In this document: in pieces, positions 48,268 through 60,168 of the stretch | How the letters are laid out: each line of letters begins with the position of its first letter | How positions within the stretch are numbered: position 1 is the first letter of the stretch | Assembly: GCF_006345805.1 (NCBI RefSeq) | Contig: NC_042997.1 | Location: 198,524,001-198,588,000, forward strand | DNA from: Octopus sinensis | Taxonomy: Eukaryota | Direction: 5' to 3' | DNA: 64,000 nucleotides | Program-made: the position numbers and the translations under genes | Notes under the pieces: generated by a model | Told to the model about the DNA's origin: nothing | The model's input: only the letters and a program-made list of their open reading frames with translations | The model's database searches: none

Positions 48268-49658
48268 ACTGAAACAGTAAAGATATAACAATAAGGTAAG
48301 TAATACCTTGCAAACAATTTCAACCGTTGTGATTGGCCTGAAAACTTCCTTCACATGTGACAGTAAAAAGAATACATGAGAAGAGACTTACCTGAGAAAA
48401 ATCTTGTCTAACATTAAACTGATTTGATTAAAGAACCTCGGGCTAAAGAGGCACATAAAAACTACGAAAGGATTCCCCACAATGTGGTACATAAGTGTAT
48501 GGTTTCCATAGCCAGAGGGAGAAATTAATAGAGATAATCTAATACAGTTACTACAGTCAATAATGATATAATAAAACATGCAGTATATGTAAAAGGGTGA
48601 GACATCGTTTCTAAACGTCTCTAACACCGCATTACTGCATATAACTAAAAAGACATCTGAAAGAAAAAAACCTTCTTCTTTAGTGTAAAGAATGAATGAA
48701 TGAATGAGTAAAACAAGGTAACTCAGTATTTAGTAAGATAGATGAAGTTTCGAAGTGGGGAGGGTGTGTGAAAATATAGTAAACAAGATAATGATCTTGG
48801 CATATGGATCGCTAGAAGCAAAAAGTGAAGTTGGAAACTGTCGACAATGGAAGGCGCTTGACATGTATGGAGAATAAGCGTAAGCTGTGTCAGAGATCAG
48901 ACGATCCTTTCACCAAGCGTGTAAATGCACAGGAGAAATTTCAAAATGTTTCTTGGAATTAAAAATACATTCTGCGTGGATTAGTACCCACATAATCTCA
49001 CGCATTTGATACGTGCGTGCGTGTTTGTATCTGCATGTGGGTGTGTATGTGTGTGTGTATACAGGGGGTGGTGGCGATCCCTGCTGCACTCTTTCGCCAC
49101 AACTTACTCTCACTCTTTCTTCTGTTGGCCTGCTCGCTTAGCCAGCGGGGTGGCGTCATTTGACGGCTAAAACCAGCGATGTGTAGCAACATCTGATAGC
49201 CTGGTCGGTCACGGTGATCATGGTGATATAGTATGGCGGGATTTGGTTCACAAGAGATGTAAAAAGTTAGGTACGCTAAGTGAGTGCTGTAATGGATTAC
49301 CAAGGCTCCAAGGTTATAGCCGAGACGGTTGTTATGGAACCGTTGCAGATTTCCGATGTAGCCGATATATATCGCTGTCCTCTTTAACAATTATGTCTAT
49401 GTATACGTGTGTGTGTGTGAGTGCATAATATGCTGTTCCATTATTAGTCGGACCAACAAAAAATAATGAAGGTATTCCTTCCAGTGAGAGATAAATATCA
49501 TTTAATATTCACAGGAGTGAAATAAGAGCTCCTATTAGCTTCAAATCCTCTGAAAATAGCCATGAGTGTGTATGCGTGATTGTGTGTGTGTGTGTGTGTG
49601 TATGTGCATAAATAAGTGCGAGCACATTTGTGTGTATATATTTATATGTATGCTTGGA

Positions 49659-49723
<65 letters not shown>

Positions 49724-49725
<2 letters not shown>

Positions 49726-49820
49726 CGTAAAAGACTTTTTCTATTCCTGAGCGTTATACTAATAATCTGTTTGTTTTGTACACCACTTGTCTTCGTCTTT
49801 TGTTTTTTTTCGTAAACTCT

Positions 49821-49825
<5 letters not shown>
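49724..49825 (+). mobile_element. Family D repeat, 5'-truncated, between (TA)n tracts
   Basis: Reverse complement of 32830-32925. Confidence 0.75.
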
Positions 49826-49916
<91 letters not shown>

Positions 49917-50579
49917 TGTAAGGTAGTGTGTTTATGTATAGATATGTGTAGATGTGTATGTGAATCCACAATTTTTTGTGTCTGTCTGTATACATTTAGA
50001 GAGTCTCTCACACGCATTTACACAAATTACGAAATTACAAAATATGTCTTGAGGAGAGGCAGTAATGATTTGATGAAGTGATATCAAATTACCATAATTA
50101 CATTCGCCTCTATTTGTCAACCAAACACACAGTTTTCTAAATTACAATGTTGCTGCATATCATCTGGGGGAAATAAAAGGCTGGATGAAGCTTGGAAACC
50201 TTTGATCAGGACAAATGAAAACCATAAACAAAATTGCGTAAGCGGACGTCAATAAACAGCTTCCAGCAGATTATTGAAGGAATATGTCTCTTATAAATAT
50301 TTTTCTTTTTTTTTTTATTTTCCTCTGTTTCAAATGTCCCTCTTTTATTTATTTCCCGCGCGCACACATACAAGCAAACACAGCGAGCGACATAACTTCA
50401 TTTATGGCTATGATGGTTCTATATTTAAAAGGAATTTTTAAAAAATGTTTTTTACAAAAGCAACATGCTTCGATGGAAAGGGTGTATGACTGGTATTTAT
50501 TTCATCGGTTATCGACGGATTGATACTTTGTGTGACTTCGGTTAGATTTGACCTTGAAAAGTCAAAGGACGTAACTGTA

Positions 50580-50770
50580 GGCGTATGAGTGGCTGTGTGG
50601 TAAGTAGCTTGCTTACCAAACACATGGTTCCGGGTTCAGTCCCACTGCGTGGCACCGTGGGAAAGTGTCTTCTACTATTGCCTCGGGCTGAACAAAGCCT
50701 TGCGAGTGGATTTGGTAGACGGAAACTGAAAGAAGCCCGTCCTATATATATATGTATATGTATATGTATA

Positions 50771-50812
<42 letters not shown>

Positions 50813-50978
50813 TCCTTCCAACATCGTTTGACAACCGATGTTGGTGTGTTTCGTCCCCGTAACTTAGCGGTTCGGCAGAAGGGACCGATAGAATAAGTAC
50901 TAAGCTTACAAAGAATAAGCTCGACTAAAGGCGGTGCTCCAGCATGGTCACAGTCAAATGACTGAAACAAGTAAAAGA
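50580..50978 (+). mobile_element. SINE family B
   Basis: Consensus match; immediately followed by two SINE A tail-2 copies on minus (about 50990-51415). Confidence 0.88.
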
Positions 50979-51808
50979 TTAATATATTCTATTCTACTCT
51001 AGGCACAATGCGCGAAATTTTAGGGAGGGCGTCAGTCGATTAGATCGACACCAGGACGCAACTGGTACTTAATTTATCGACCCCGAAAGGATGAAAGGCT
51101 AAGTTGACCTCGGCGGAATTTGAACTTAGAACGCAAAGACAGACGAAATACCGCTAAGCATTTCTCCCGGTTTGCTAACGTTTCTGCCAGCTCGCCACCA
51201 TGGAGTTACTGTAGGTACTACGCGCGAAATTTTTGGGGAGGGTGCCAGACGATTATATCGACCTCAGGACTCAACTAGTACTTAATTTATCGATCCCGAA
51301 CGGATGAAATGCTAAGTCAACCTCAGCGGAATTTGAACTCAGAACGTAAAGTCAGAAGAAATATTGCTAAGCATTTCGCCCGGCGTGCCAACGTTTCTGC
51401 CAGCTCGCCGCCTTGACGTACCTACATACTCAAGGCATAATGCTACTCAACATGATGAGCAAATTCTTTTTTATCGACGAACGAATAATTAAATGCAACA
51501 GCAACCCTTAAAGTAATTCGACTAAGGATGTAAAGTGTTGTAAATATCACAACACATTTGTTAGAGAGTTCTAACTTTCTGACACATCTGCAAAAATAAT
51601 ATTGATGACATTTAGTATTGGCAGAAGGGAATTACATATTGGAGGTCAAATCATCCCATCAAATCAATATAAAAAACTTAATTAGTAACGCTACTTAAGT
51701 AACCGTGGAAAATTGAAAGGAAATAATTTATGGATGCGGAACGTAAAATAACATAACTTGATATTGCAGTGAATTTTATTCCAGTGCCCAACCGCCCAAC
51801 TCGCCACC

Positions 51809-51861
<53 letters not shown>

Positions 51862-52200
51862 TAATTCGTTTATTGGCCACAAGGGCTAACAAAAATCAAA
51901 TAAAACCTGTAAGGACAAAATACAGGACGAAAGTTACAAAAAGGGTTTTGTCCGTTTGAAAAGTCCCTGTAAAAATGCAAGATAACAACGAAAATATAAC
52001 AATAAAATCTCCCAATAGGGGGAGGCGCTTCGAAAGGTTACTCGTGGAAAAACCCATAAAAACCACGGGAGCCTAGTCAAAAGGGAGGTAGAGAGCCCCT
52101 TTCTCCTTTTATATTACCCTTTTTTTACAGGTGTATCCTCAGAATTGGTCCGTTCATACTGGCCATTCTTCCGACATTCACTCACCTTTCAATAAATTTG
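51862..52200 (-). mobile_element. Tx1/L1-like LINE 3' end adjoining an (AAT)n tract (51811-51861)
   Basis: FIER*VNVGRMASMNGPILRIHL* and a UTR similar to 16338-16600. Confidence 0.5.
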
Positions 52201-54449
52201 CCACGAGACAGCACTTCCCTCTCTACTCTCATCTTCCTTTTCAAGTGGAACCTGAAAAAGTTGATGAGGCCTTGAAATAAATGCCCTGATGTAGTACCAA
52301 GCAGTGGCACTCGTGGCTTCTGATCTTATCTGATTGGAAGTGTTATCATGTACATTGTTTTGTCTTAGTATGAAAGATGGGCTACAGCAAATATTCTGCT
52401 CAATACCACAGATTTGCTTGTCAGTTGTTTGACCATAACCAGTTGAGCATGTCCCTTAGTGGCTGATCACGAGCAGAAGTAGTGGAGGAGCATCATAGCC
52501 ATGTGTTGAGGAATTCTTTGGGGTTTGAATAATTCACCTCTGGAAACATGGGTATTTCGTTCGACATTCTTAAACAACCCTTATTCAGGGACCTTTTGAG
52601 CGGGATGGGTTACTCGACCTGAAGAAAATTCTAACTGGGCCCCACCTGCTGTTTATCTTGATATGAGATCACCATGTCGTTCACATATGGTTGTGATGTA
52701 TGTGCCTAATGTACCCTTATCAGACGGGTAGTCATGATGGGTATACTGGGCTTCGTATATTTTACCCTAGTGTCACTTTGATGGCATGCACTGCTCTCTC
52801 AATAATAATCATAATAATAATAACAATCCTTTCTACAAGAGGCACATGGCCTCAGGATTGTGGGGAGGGGACTAGTTGATTACATCGACCCCAGTGTTAA
52901 AAGGTACTTAATTTATCGACTTCGAAAGGATGAAAGGCAAAGTCTACCTCGGCGGAATACTACTACTACTACTAATAATAATAATAATAATAACAATACT
53001 TACAAGAAGAAGACGAAGAAGAAAAAGGTCACCCCAGTCGCGGTATAGATTTTGCTATGGAAGCACAACTGGAACAATGATGATTCTGATTTTTGCCCGG
53101 AATTGTTTATATTCTGTTCATTGCAGGATATAATTCTTTTATTGTTCTAACCCTAACTGTTCTGTTTCCTCAACTCGAATCGTTTAAACACATCATGACA
53201 GATTTTACGTCATTCAGATCAATCAAGGCAATAACTTTCCCGAGAAGTTAAATTAAGCTGCAGAGATTTTAGCCACAAGCCCTAAGTCCAAATAGGCTTT
53301 TCCCCACGTGGCAATAACAATAACAATAATAATAATAATGGTTTCAGATTTTAGCACAAAGCCAGTAATTTCGGGGTTGGGGTGATGTGGATACGCGGTT
53401 ACATGGACACCAATGTCCGAATGGTAATTATTTTATCGATCCCGAAAGAATGAAAGGTAAAGTCAACCCCGGCAGCATTTGAACTCAGAACGTAAAATAG
53501 GAAGAAATGCCGCGAAGCACTTTTTCTCGCGCGATAACAATTGCCACCTTAATAATAATAATGATTTCAGATTTTTGCCACAAGGGCAGCATGGGGAAAA
53601 GGTTAAGTCGATTATTTCGACCCCAGTGCGTAACTGGTACTTATTTAATCGACTCTGAAAGGATGAAAGGCAAAGTTCTGAGTTCAAATTCCTCCGAGGT
53701 CGACTTTGCCTTTGATCCTTTCAGGGTCGATAAGATAAGTAGCAATTGAATTTGAAATCAGAACGTAGCGACGGGCGAAATACTGTTAAGCATTTCGTCC
53801 AGTGTGCTAACGATTCTGCCTGCTCGCCGCCTTAGTAGTAGTAGTAACAATGGGGACAAGGCCTAAAATTTACAGATGGGGTTTAGTTGATACCCTGTAC
53901 TTAACCATAAGAGGATGAAAAACATTTAAAAGTCAGTGGTATTCGATCTCAACCAAATTGACAGCCCCCTAAAGTAAAAGATATTGCTATCGATTCTGAA
54001 TCTTTCTAGAAATGGAATAAAATACGTGCATCACAACAAAGCAATCAGGGTGGACAGTGGGGATGATCTCGCAGAAACAATAAATAAAAATCGCAGTAAA
54101 AGAGGACACAACAAAAGCTATGAACAAAGATGAAAATGCACATATAACCCAAGCCACAAAAGAATATAGCAGCTCGACGAAAGAATCTATATTTGATATG
54201 TGTCAATGTTCGTCTACCATATGACAACTCCGCTGCGTAGTTTCTTAACGAATCCTTATGTAAAGGCAAAATTATTACAGTATGATGCACGAAGGAAAAG
54301 AAACCGATGTCGAAGATATTCACGGAGCAAAATTTACGCATTTCCTAACGCACATGTTGTACAGGAGACCTGCTCATTCAGTGATGTATATGATCGAGGG
54401 TGACAAACTGTTATGACGACAACAATAGATGAGTTAGACATCATTAAAT

Positions 54450-54905
54450 ATAAGCAGTTTAACGTAAAATCTGTGCTTTTGTATGGCTCTGAAACATGGA
54501 GAGTCACCTGCAGCAACTAAAAGAAGATACAGACCTTCATCAACAAATGTCTCCGTCAGATCCTCCATCTGAAGTGGTTCGACAGAGTGCCAAACACCGA
54601 CCTGTGGGAAAGGGCCAACCAGGAGCCCATACATGCTCAGATTAGACGAAGGAAATGGAGATGGATCGGACACACACTGCAGAAAGAACCCTCAAATGTG
54701 ACACAACAAGCACTTGACTGGAACCCGCAGGAGAAAAGGAAGCGAGGATGCCCGAAGCAGACATGGAAGCGGAGTATTTTGGACGAGCTCAGGACCACCG
54801 GCCTGACATGGGAAACAGCAAATAAACACGCCAATGACCGCAAAAAGTGGAAAACAATTGTTGAGGCCCTATGCTCCACAAGGGGCAAAAAGGATTAAGA
54901 AGAAT
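54450..54905 (+). mobile_element. RTE-clade LINE 3' end
   Basis: NVKSVLLYGSETWRVT; KIQTFINKCLRQIL..W...V.N; IRRRKWRWIGHTL; WNPQEKRKRGCPKQTWKR. Confidence 0.9.
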
Positions 54906-55835
54906 AAATACAAGCAGTGTTTTGATTTCTGCTCTTTCAACGAACGCTTCATTACAAATAAGATTGCCTTTCTAATACCAGAAATATTACAACTGCTGCA
55001 GAATATATTAGATTATTGAGTGGTTAGTTTGCCGGGAGCAAACTTTTTAGGGAAAATATTTAATATTGTTTTACTGAGTTACTCGATATTGACTGAGTGC
55101 CAAATATGTAGAAACTCTTAGATAAATCTGAATACGTATGTAGATTGAAATGATTAGTATTATAAATTTCAGAAAGGTTTACAATAACAATGGCATAAAA
55201 AACCTTTTTGGAAGTAAACTTTTTTTAAAAGAAGTAATGTTACGTTATGTTTTTATCCGACATTTAATTAAACACCCTTGCTTCTCTAAAGAGAATCTTT
55301 ATATTCTGTATAAGTAAAAATATTATTGAAAATATTAATCAACATATACCCTAAGCAGAAGTACATAAAAGACATCATACGAGCTAAGTGTTACGTCCCT
55401 TATTTTCGAAATGACATGATATGGCTACACAAGATTAATCTAATATGTTTCTTCCATTACAAGGGCTAAAAAGGCATTGGAAAACACGTTTTCAATTTTG
55501 GAAACAGAGGACAGTGAAACGGGATCAGTTGAAAATGATCTTCCTTCAGCAAAACCTCTTTGGCTAACTCACGCACTAAAATTTATTCAGTAAAATTATT
55601 TTTTTATGCAGAAAATATTTTATACGTAGACTTTTATTTATGCAAAGACTTTTCAGTAAATTGCGATTTTTCGTCTGCCTCTCTCTTTATCTCTCACTTT
55701 CCAAATCTCTCGCTTCGAGTAAAACTAAAAACTGAGCTCGCAAAAAACTAATATTTTAGAGTTTATTTATATAGGAAAACATTTTTTATGTAAAAAAAAT
55801 AATTTTGTGTTTTTATTTTCATAGTTAGAGATAAA

Positions 55836-56290
55836 TGAGGTGGTGTGAAAAAGTTCCCGGATGTGTTATATTGATTAAAAAAACAACTTATTTACCTAAA
55901 TTTTAACATCATCTCCTTTGAAATAGTCACCTTGCACAGCAATACACCAGTCGCAGTGTTCCTGCCACTTTTGGAATCCGGCCTGGAAGATGTTTTCCGT
56001 AAGCGAGTCGAGGACCTTCTGTGATTCACTCTTGATCTCGACAACCGTGATAAAACGGCCACCTTTAAGCTGTCCTTTCATCTTCGGGAAGAGATGGAAG
56101 TCCACAGATGCTAAATCTGGTGAATAGAATGGGTACGGAAGCGACACCATGTTGTTTTGGGCTAGAAACTCCACGAATGAGGAGATCTCCATGACAGGCC
56201 GCATTGTCGTCGTGAAGAATCCAATTCATGGCGCTCCGTAGATCCAATCGCTTTCTCCCAATGTTCTCCCTCAAACGCTTCAAAAAGTTG
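55836..56290 (-). mobile_element. mariner transposase 3' fragment with one TIR
   Basis: WILHDDNAACH and (frameshifted) PYPFYSPDLASVDFHLFPKMK; TIR-like GAGGTGGTGTGAAAAAGTTCCCGG at 55837. Confidence 0.85.
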
Positions 56291-56349
56291 CGATAAATTT
56301 CATTCCAGTGCCCAACCGATTCTGCTACTCAACCAATAACAATAATAAA

Positions 56350-56478
56350 AAGGAGTACTGATGGAACGTCTCAGTGAAGACCTCAATAAAATGTAAGCAC
56401 AACAGACCTGATATAACGATTTGGGTCAGAGAAGAGAATCTGCTCAGTTGTGAAAATTAGCTGCCCAGCGGTGGAAAA
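56350..56478 (+). mobile_element. R4/Dong-like RLE fragment
   Basis: KEY*WNVSVKTSIKCKHNRPDITIW...SCPA, homologous to 28600-28740. Confidence 0.7.
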
Positions 56479-56480
56479 GG

Positions 56481-57911
56481 TATTTAGGGGAGAAAAAAGT
56501 ATTCGTACAGAACATAAATAACTGATAATTCTCATTTAATACTTCGTAGCATAACCATTATTCAGTTCCACTTCAACCAATCTCTTCTTGTAGTTCTTAA
56601 TCAATGACTTGCATGTTTCTTTAGGAATTTTTTCCCATTTTTCTTGACAAATTTTCTTCAAATCTGCAATGTACTTTGGGACTCTTGACTGAATTGTAAT
56701 TTTCAAATAACGCCACAAATTTTCAATGGGGTTTAAGTCAGGTGACTGGCGTGGCCATACTAATAATTTTATATTGTGATCGACTGTCCATCTTTTGGTA
56801 GACTTCGCCGTGTGCTTAGGGTCGTTATCTTGTAAAACCCACCCTTCACAAAGCTGAAGCTTTTCTGCAGAATCCCATAAATTGTTGTTCAAAATATTTT
56901 GGTACATCTCTGCATTCCTTCTACCATCTATCACATGTAAATTGCCAGTACCCTTTGCAGAGAAACACCCCCACACCATGATGTTGCCACCTCCAAACTT
57001 TACGGTAGAAATTGTGTTTTTCGGCGAATAGGTGGTACCATCTTTCCTCCAAACATGGCTAAGCGAATTTCGTCCAAACAATTCAGTTTTCGACTCGTCT
57101 GTCCATAGAACATTTTCCCAGAATGTATCAGATTTATCTTTATGTTCATAAACAAATTTTAAACAGGCATCTCTATGCCTTTTAGTCAACAGCGTAGTTT
57201 TTCTAGGAGAGCGTCACTTCAGTTCATTCGTATGAAGTTCATTGCTGATTGTTCGTAGTGTAACATTAGTCCTTGAAGCTAACACATCTTCTTGCAACTC
57301 CTTTCTGGTGATCATTGCGTTTTATTTCGATTCTTTGCTTCATTTTTCTTAAAGATCAGGGGGGAAATCTTGCATGGTGCACCGGATCTTATTCTATTTT
57401 CAACAGTTCCCGATTTTTTTATATCTTTGAATAAATGAAGATATGGTAGAAAATGGAATACAAAGGGTCTCTGATATTTTCCTGTAACTCTTACCTGCTT
57501 TCCACTGTTCAATAATTAAGTTTTTCACTGAATTCGTGAGTTCTTTACTTTTCGCCATTATTACGATACTACTTTATGTTGTCTCAGTTCTGAATGAAGA
57601 AGCTAGCGTTCTGACACTTAACAACTGTTAAGATTATTGGAACAAACGAGAAAGTTCTTATAAAAAAAATTATTTGAACAGTATTTTGTGGCATAGAAAA
57701 TCATAAATTTATTCTGGACGAATACTTTTTTCACCCTAAATATTTATAATTGTATATAAATTCATTAGTTACTATAATTTATTAGTTTTTTTTGCATATT
57801 CTTAGTTTATGCACGTGTATGCAAATATAATATTGGTATATCACATTTATGTTCATTAGAAATTAAATAAAGAATTTTGACATGTACGAATATTTATTTG
57901 CCCCCACTGTA
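56481..57911 (-). mobile_element. Tc1-family DD34E transposon, IR/DR-type ends, outer part of one TIR missing
   Basis: Intact end TGTACGAATATTTATTTGCCCCCACTG|TA (57883-57911); inner DR at 57714-57745 matches 56481-56515. Confidence 0.9.
56536..57558 (-). pseudogene. Tc1 transposase, frameshifted
   Basis: MAKSKELT...; WTDESK; QDNDPKH; 34 residues from D to E in SPDLNPIE; frameshifts in the N-terminal half. Confidence 0.9.
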
Positions 57912-59085
57912 TACACACACACACACACACACACACAACAGTGTCAGTAACAACAACTGAAAAAACAACAGCAATAACAAAAAAATCAATAATATCAACC
58001 AATTACATAGAACGTCCGTGTCGTAACATTGAAGCAAATGAATTTTCTGGCTCTACCAGATTCAAGGAAAATAACAATGATGACGGATGATGACGATGAT
58101 AACAGCATCAGTAGCGACACGTAATAATAAAATACTATAATACCACCCACGATGTCATTTGGGCAACAAGTCAACCGAAAAGAAATCAACCACCATTACT
58201 ACTACCACCATCACCCACCACCACCGTCTGTGAACAGTACGCCAACCGCCATTTCTGCTAAATCATTGTCGTTTCTGCTTCGGTCACTGCGTCGGTGACC
58301 AGCGAAGGCAGAAGCCACAACGAAAATGTCAAGAACAACGTATACAAAAAGCAGCTACTTCATCGATGAGAGTTATCAAGAAACTAACAATACAGCTGGA
58401 AGTAATAAAGAAGCTGGAAAACTCCTCGACAAAGGGAAGAAAGACAGACAAATACGTATACAGAAATTTATCACTATCTAAGCGTAAAGGGTCGAAAAGT
58501 GATGAAAGTGACGCTTGAATAAATGGGAAGATAACTGGGAAAAAAAACTTGTTCATTGCTCGTATAAGGTAATACGGCACCGTAGACGTCATATTTACTT
58601 CTGAGGTTCGAGCAAGGAGTCACTCCATTACCGAATTTAAATGATTATAATTTAAGTCATATCTCAGGTACAGGTTGGCCAGTGATGAACGTGAGAGTGA
58701 TGATTCGGTTGTCAGAAGCACCTGATGAATGAATGTGGCTACGTGAGTCAATGTTGATGAAACAACCATCTCAGAGATTCAGAAAGTGTGAAAAATCATA
58801 GGAGACAGCAAAGAATTTTTGATCCAGTCAGACCAGGAAAAAACTTGAAATCATCCTTGAGCCAATCAGCCTGCCACAAGTTACTTAGCTTAGAGGGTTA
58901 GACCGATTTACTTGGTATGTGGTACCATAAACTACCGTAATTTTGCCTACTGCAAGATAAGAGCCATCCACTGCCGCTATCACTGCAAACAACTACAAAA
59001 ATACCAACAGAAACAACTACAACAATAGCAAAAGTACTAACAGATGACGCACCATCAACAGTTGTATTTTCCTCTTTTTTTCCTT

Positions 59086-59400
59086 CTCGAAAATATTTCT
59101 TGCGACGAACTTGTTTTCAATTCTCCCCTGAGAGCAACTGGAGCCCATGAGGTGTTTCTTATAGAGGAATGTTTTATTTGTGGGAATGTTTTATATTTTG
59201 GTGGGCAGTAATAGCAGCAGTGACCAAAACCACAGCCCTAAAGTTTTGTCAATACTGCTACAAAGATCCACAACCGCAAGCCCACCAAAATATAAAACAT
59301 TCCCACAAATAAAACATTCCTCTATAAGAAACACCTCATGGGCTCCAGTTACTCTCAGGTGAGAATTGAAAACAAGTTCGTCGCAAGAAATATTTTCGAG
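59086..59400. repeat. 121-bp near-perfect inverted repeat with 73-bp spacer
   Basis: 59086-59206 vs reverse complement of 59280-59400: 2 mismatches by manual alignment. Confidence 0.95.
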
Positions 59401-59936
59401 GCGGAATAAAGAGAAAAAAAATAATAAATAATCACTCGCCATAAGATGAAAAAACCAAAACATTCCACGTAAATGCAGAATGGACAACGACCAGCCACTC
59501 GACAACAACACCAGCAGAAAGTTACAAACACAAGCACAACCACAAAAGAACGAACAGAACAGCGATCAGTGGAATACCAACCAGAACAACATCAAAACAA
59601 GACACAGAAGTACTATCTCAGTTGCTTCGCTGTCTTTCGAAAGAAGTACAATTACTTAATGGAGGAGTTAATAAGTAACTGAAATATTTTACCGAAAGGG
59701 AGGATTTCGATGAGCTACTGACCAAAATGCAACTGGACAGACTAATTATGCTGTCAGACATAGACAACACACGAACATGGGACTTTAATAGAAAAAGGCA
59801 AACGAAAGAGCCTTGGAGACCTCAACTTCTCTAAAATGAAAGTGACCTCTCCTTTTCTTCTTCTATTTTCTGACACACCATTCTACTTAGAATAGGATAC
59901 ATACATGGTATTGGCTTAGACGTAAAGTAATCTCAA

Positions 59937-60168
59937 GGCGGCGAGCTGGCAGAAACGTTAGCACACCGGGCGAAATGCGTAGCCGTATTTCGTCTGCCGC
60001 TACGTTCTGAGTTCAAATTCCGCCGAGGTCGACTTTGCCTTTCATCCTTTCGGGGTCGATAAATTAAGTACCAGTTACGCACTGGGGTCGATATAATCGA
60101 CTTAAACACTTTGTCCGTCCTTGTTTGTCCTCTCTGTGTTTAGCCCCTTGTGGGTAATAAAGAAATAG
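59937..60168 (+). mobile_element. SINE family A, full length, 15-bp TSD
   Basis: GTAAAGTAATCTCAA at 59922-59936 and 60169-60183. Confidence 0.92.

Noticed and set aside
49724-49740. Family D copy apparently starting at the ribozyme cleavage site
   Set aside because: It starts about 5 nt upstream of the predicted site (ACGTA^AAAG), so it is not a clean cleavage-product end; ordinary truncation suffices.
52285-52800. Complex 500-bp segment ending in (AAT)n as a host exon or ncRNA
   Set aside because: No ORF or splice pattern; the tail suggests a retroposon 3' end, but with one copy in the window I cannot classify it.
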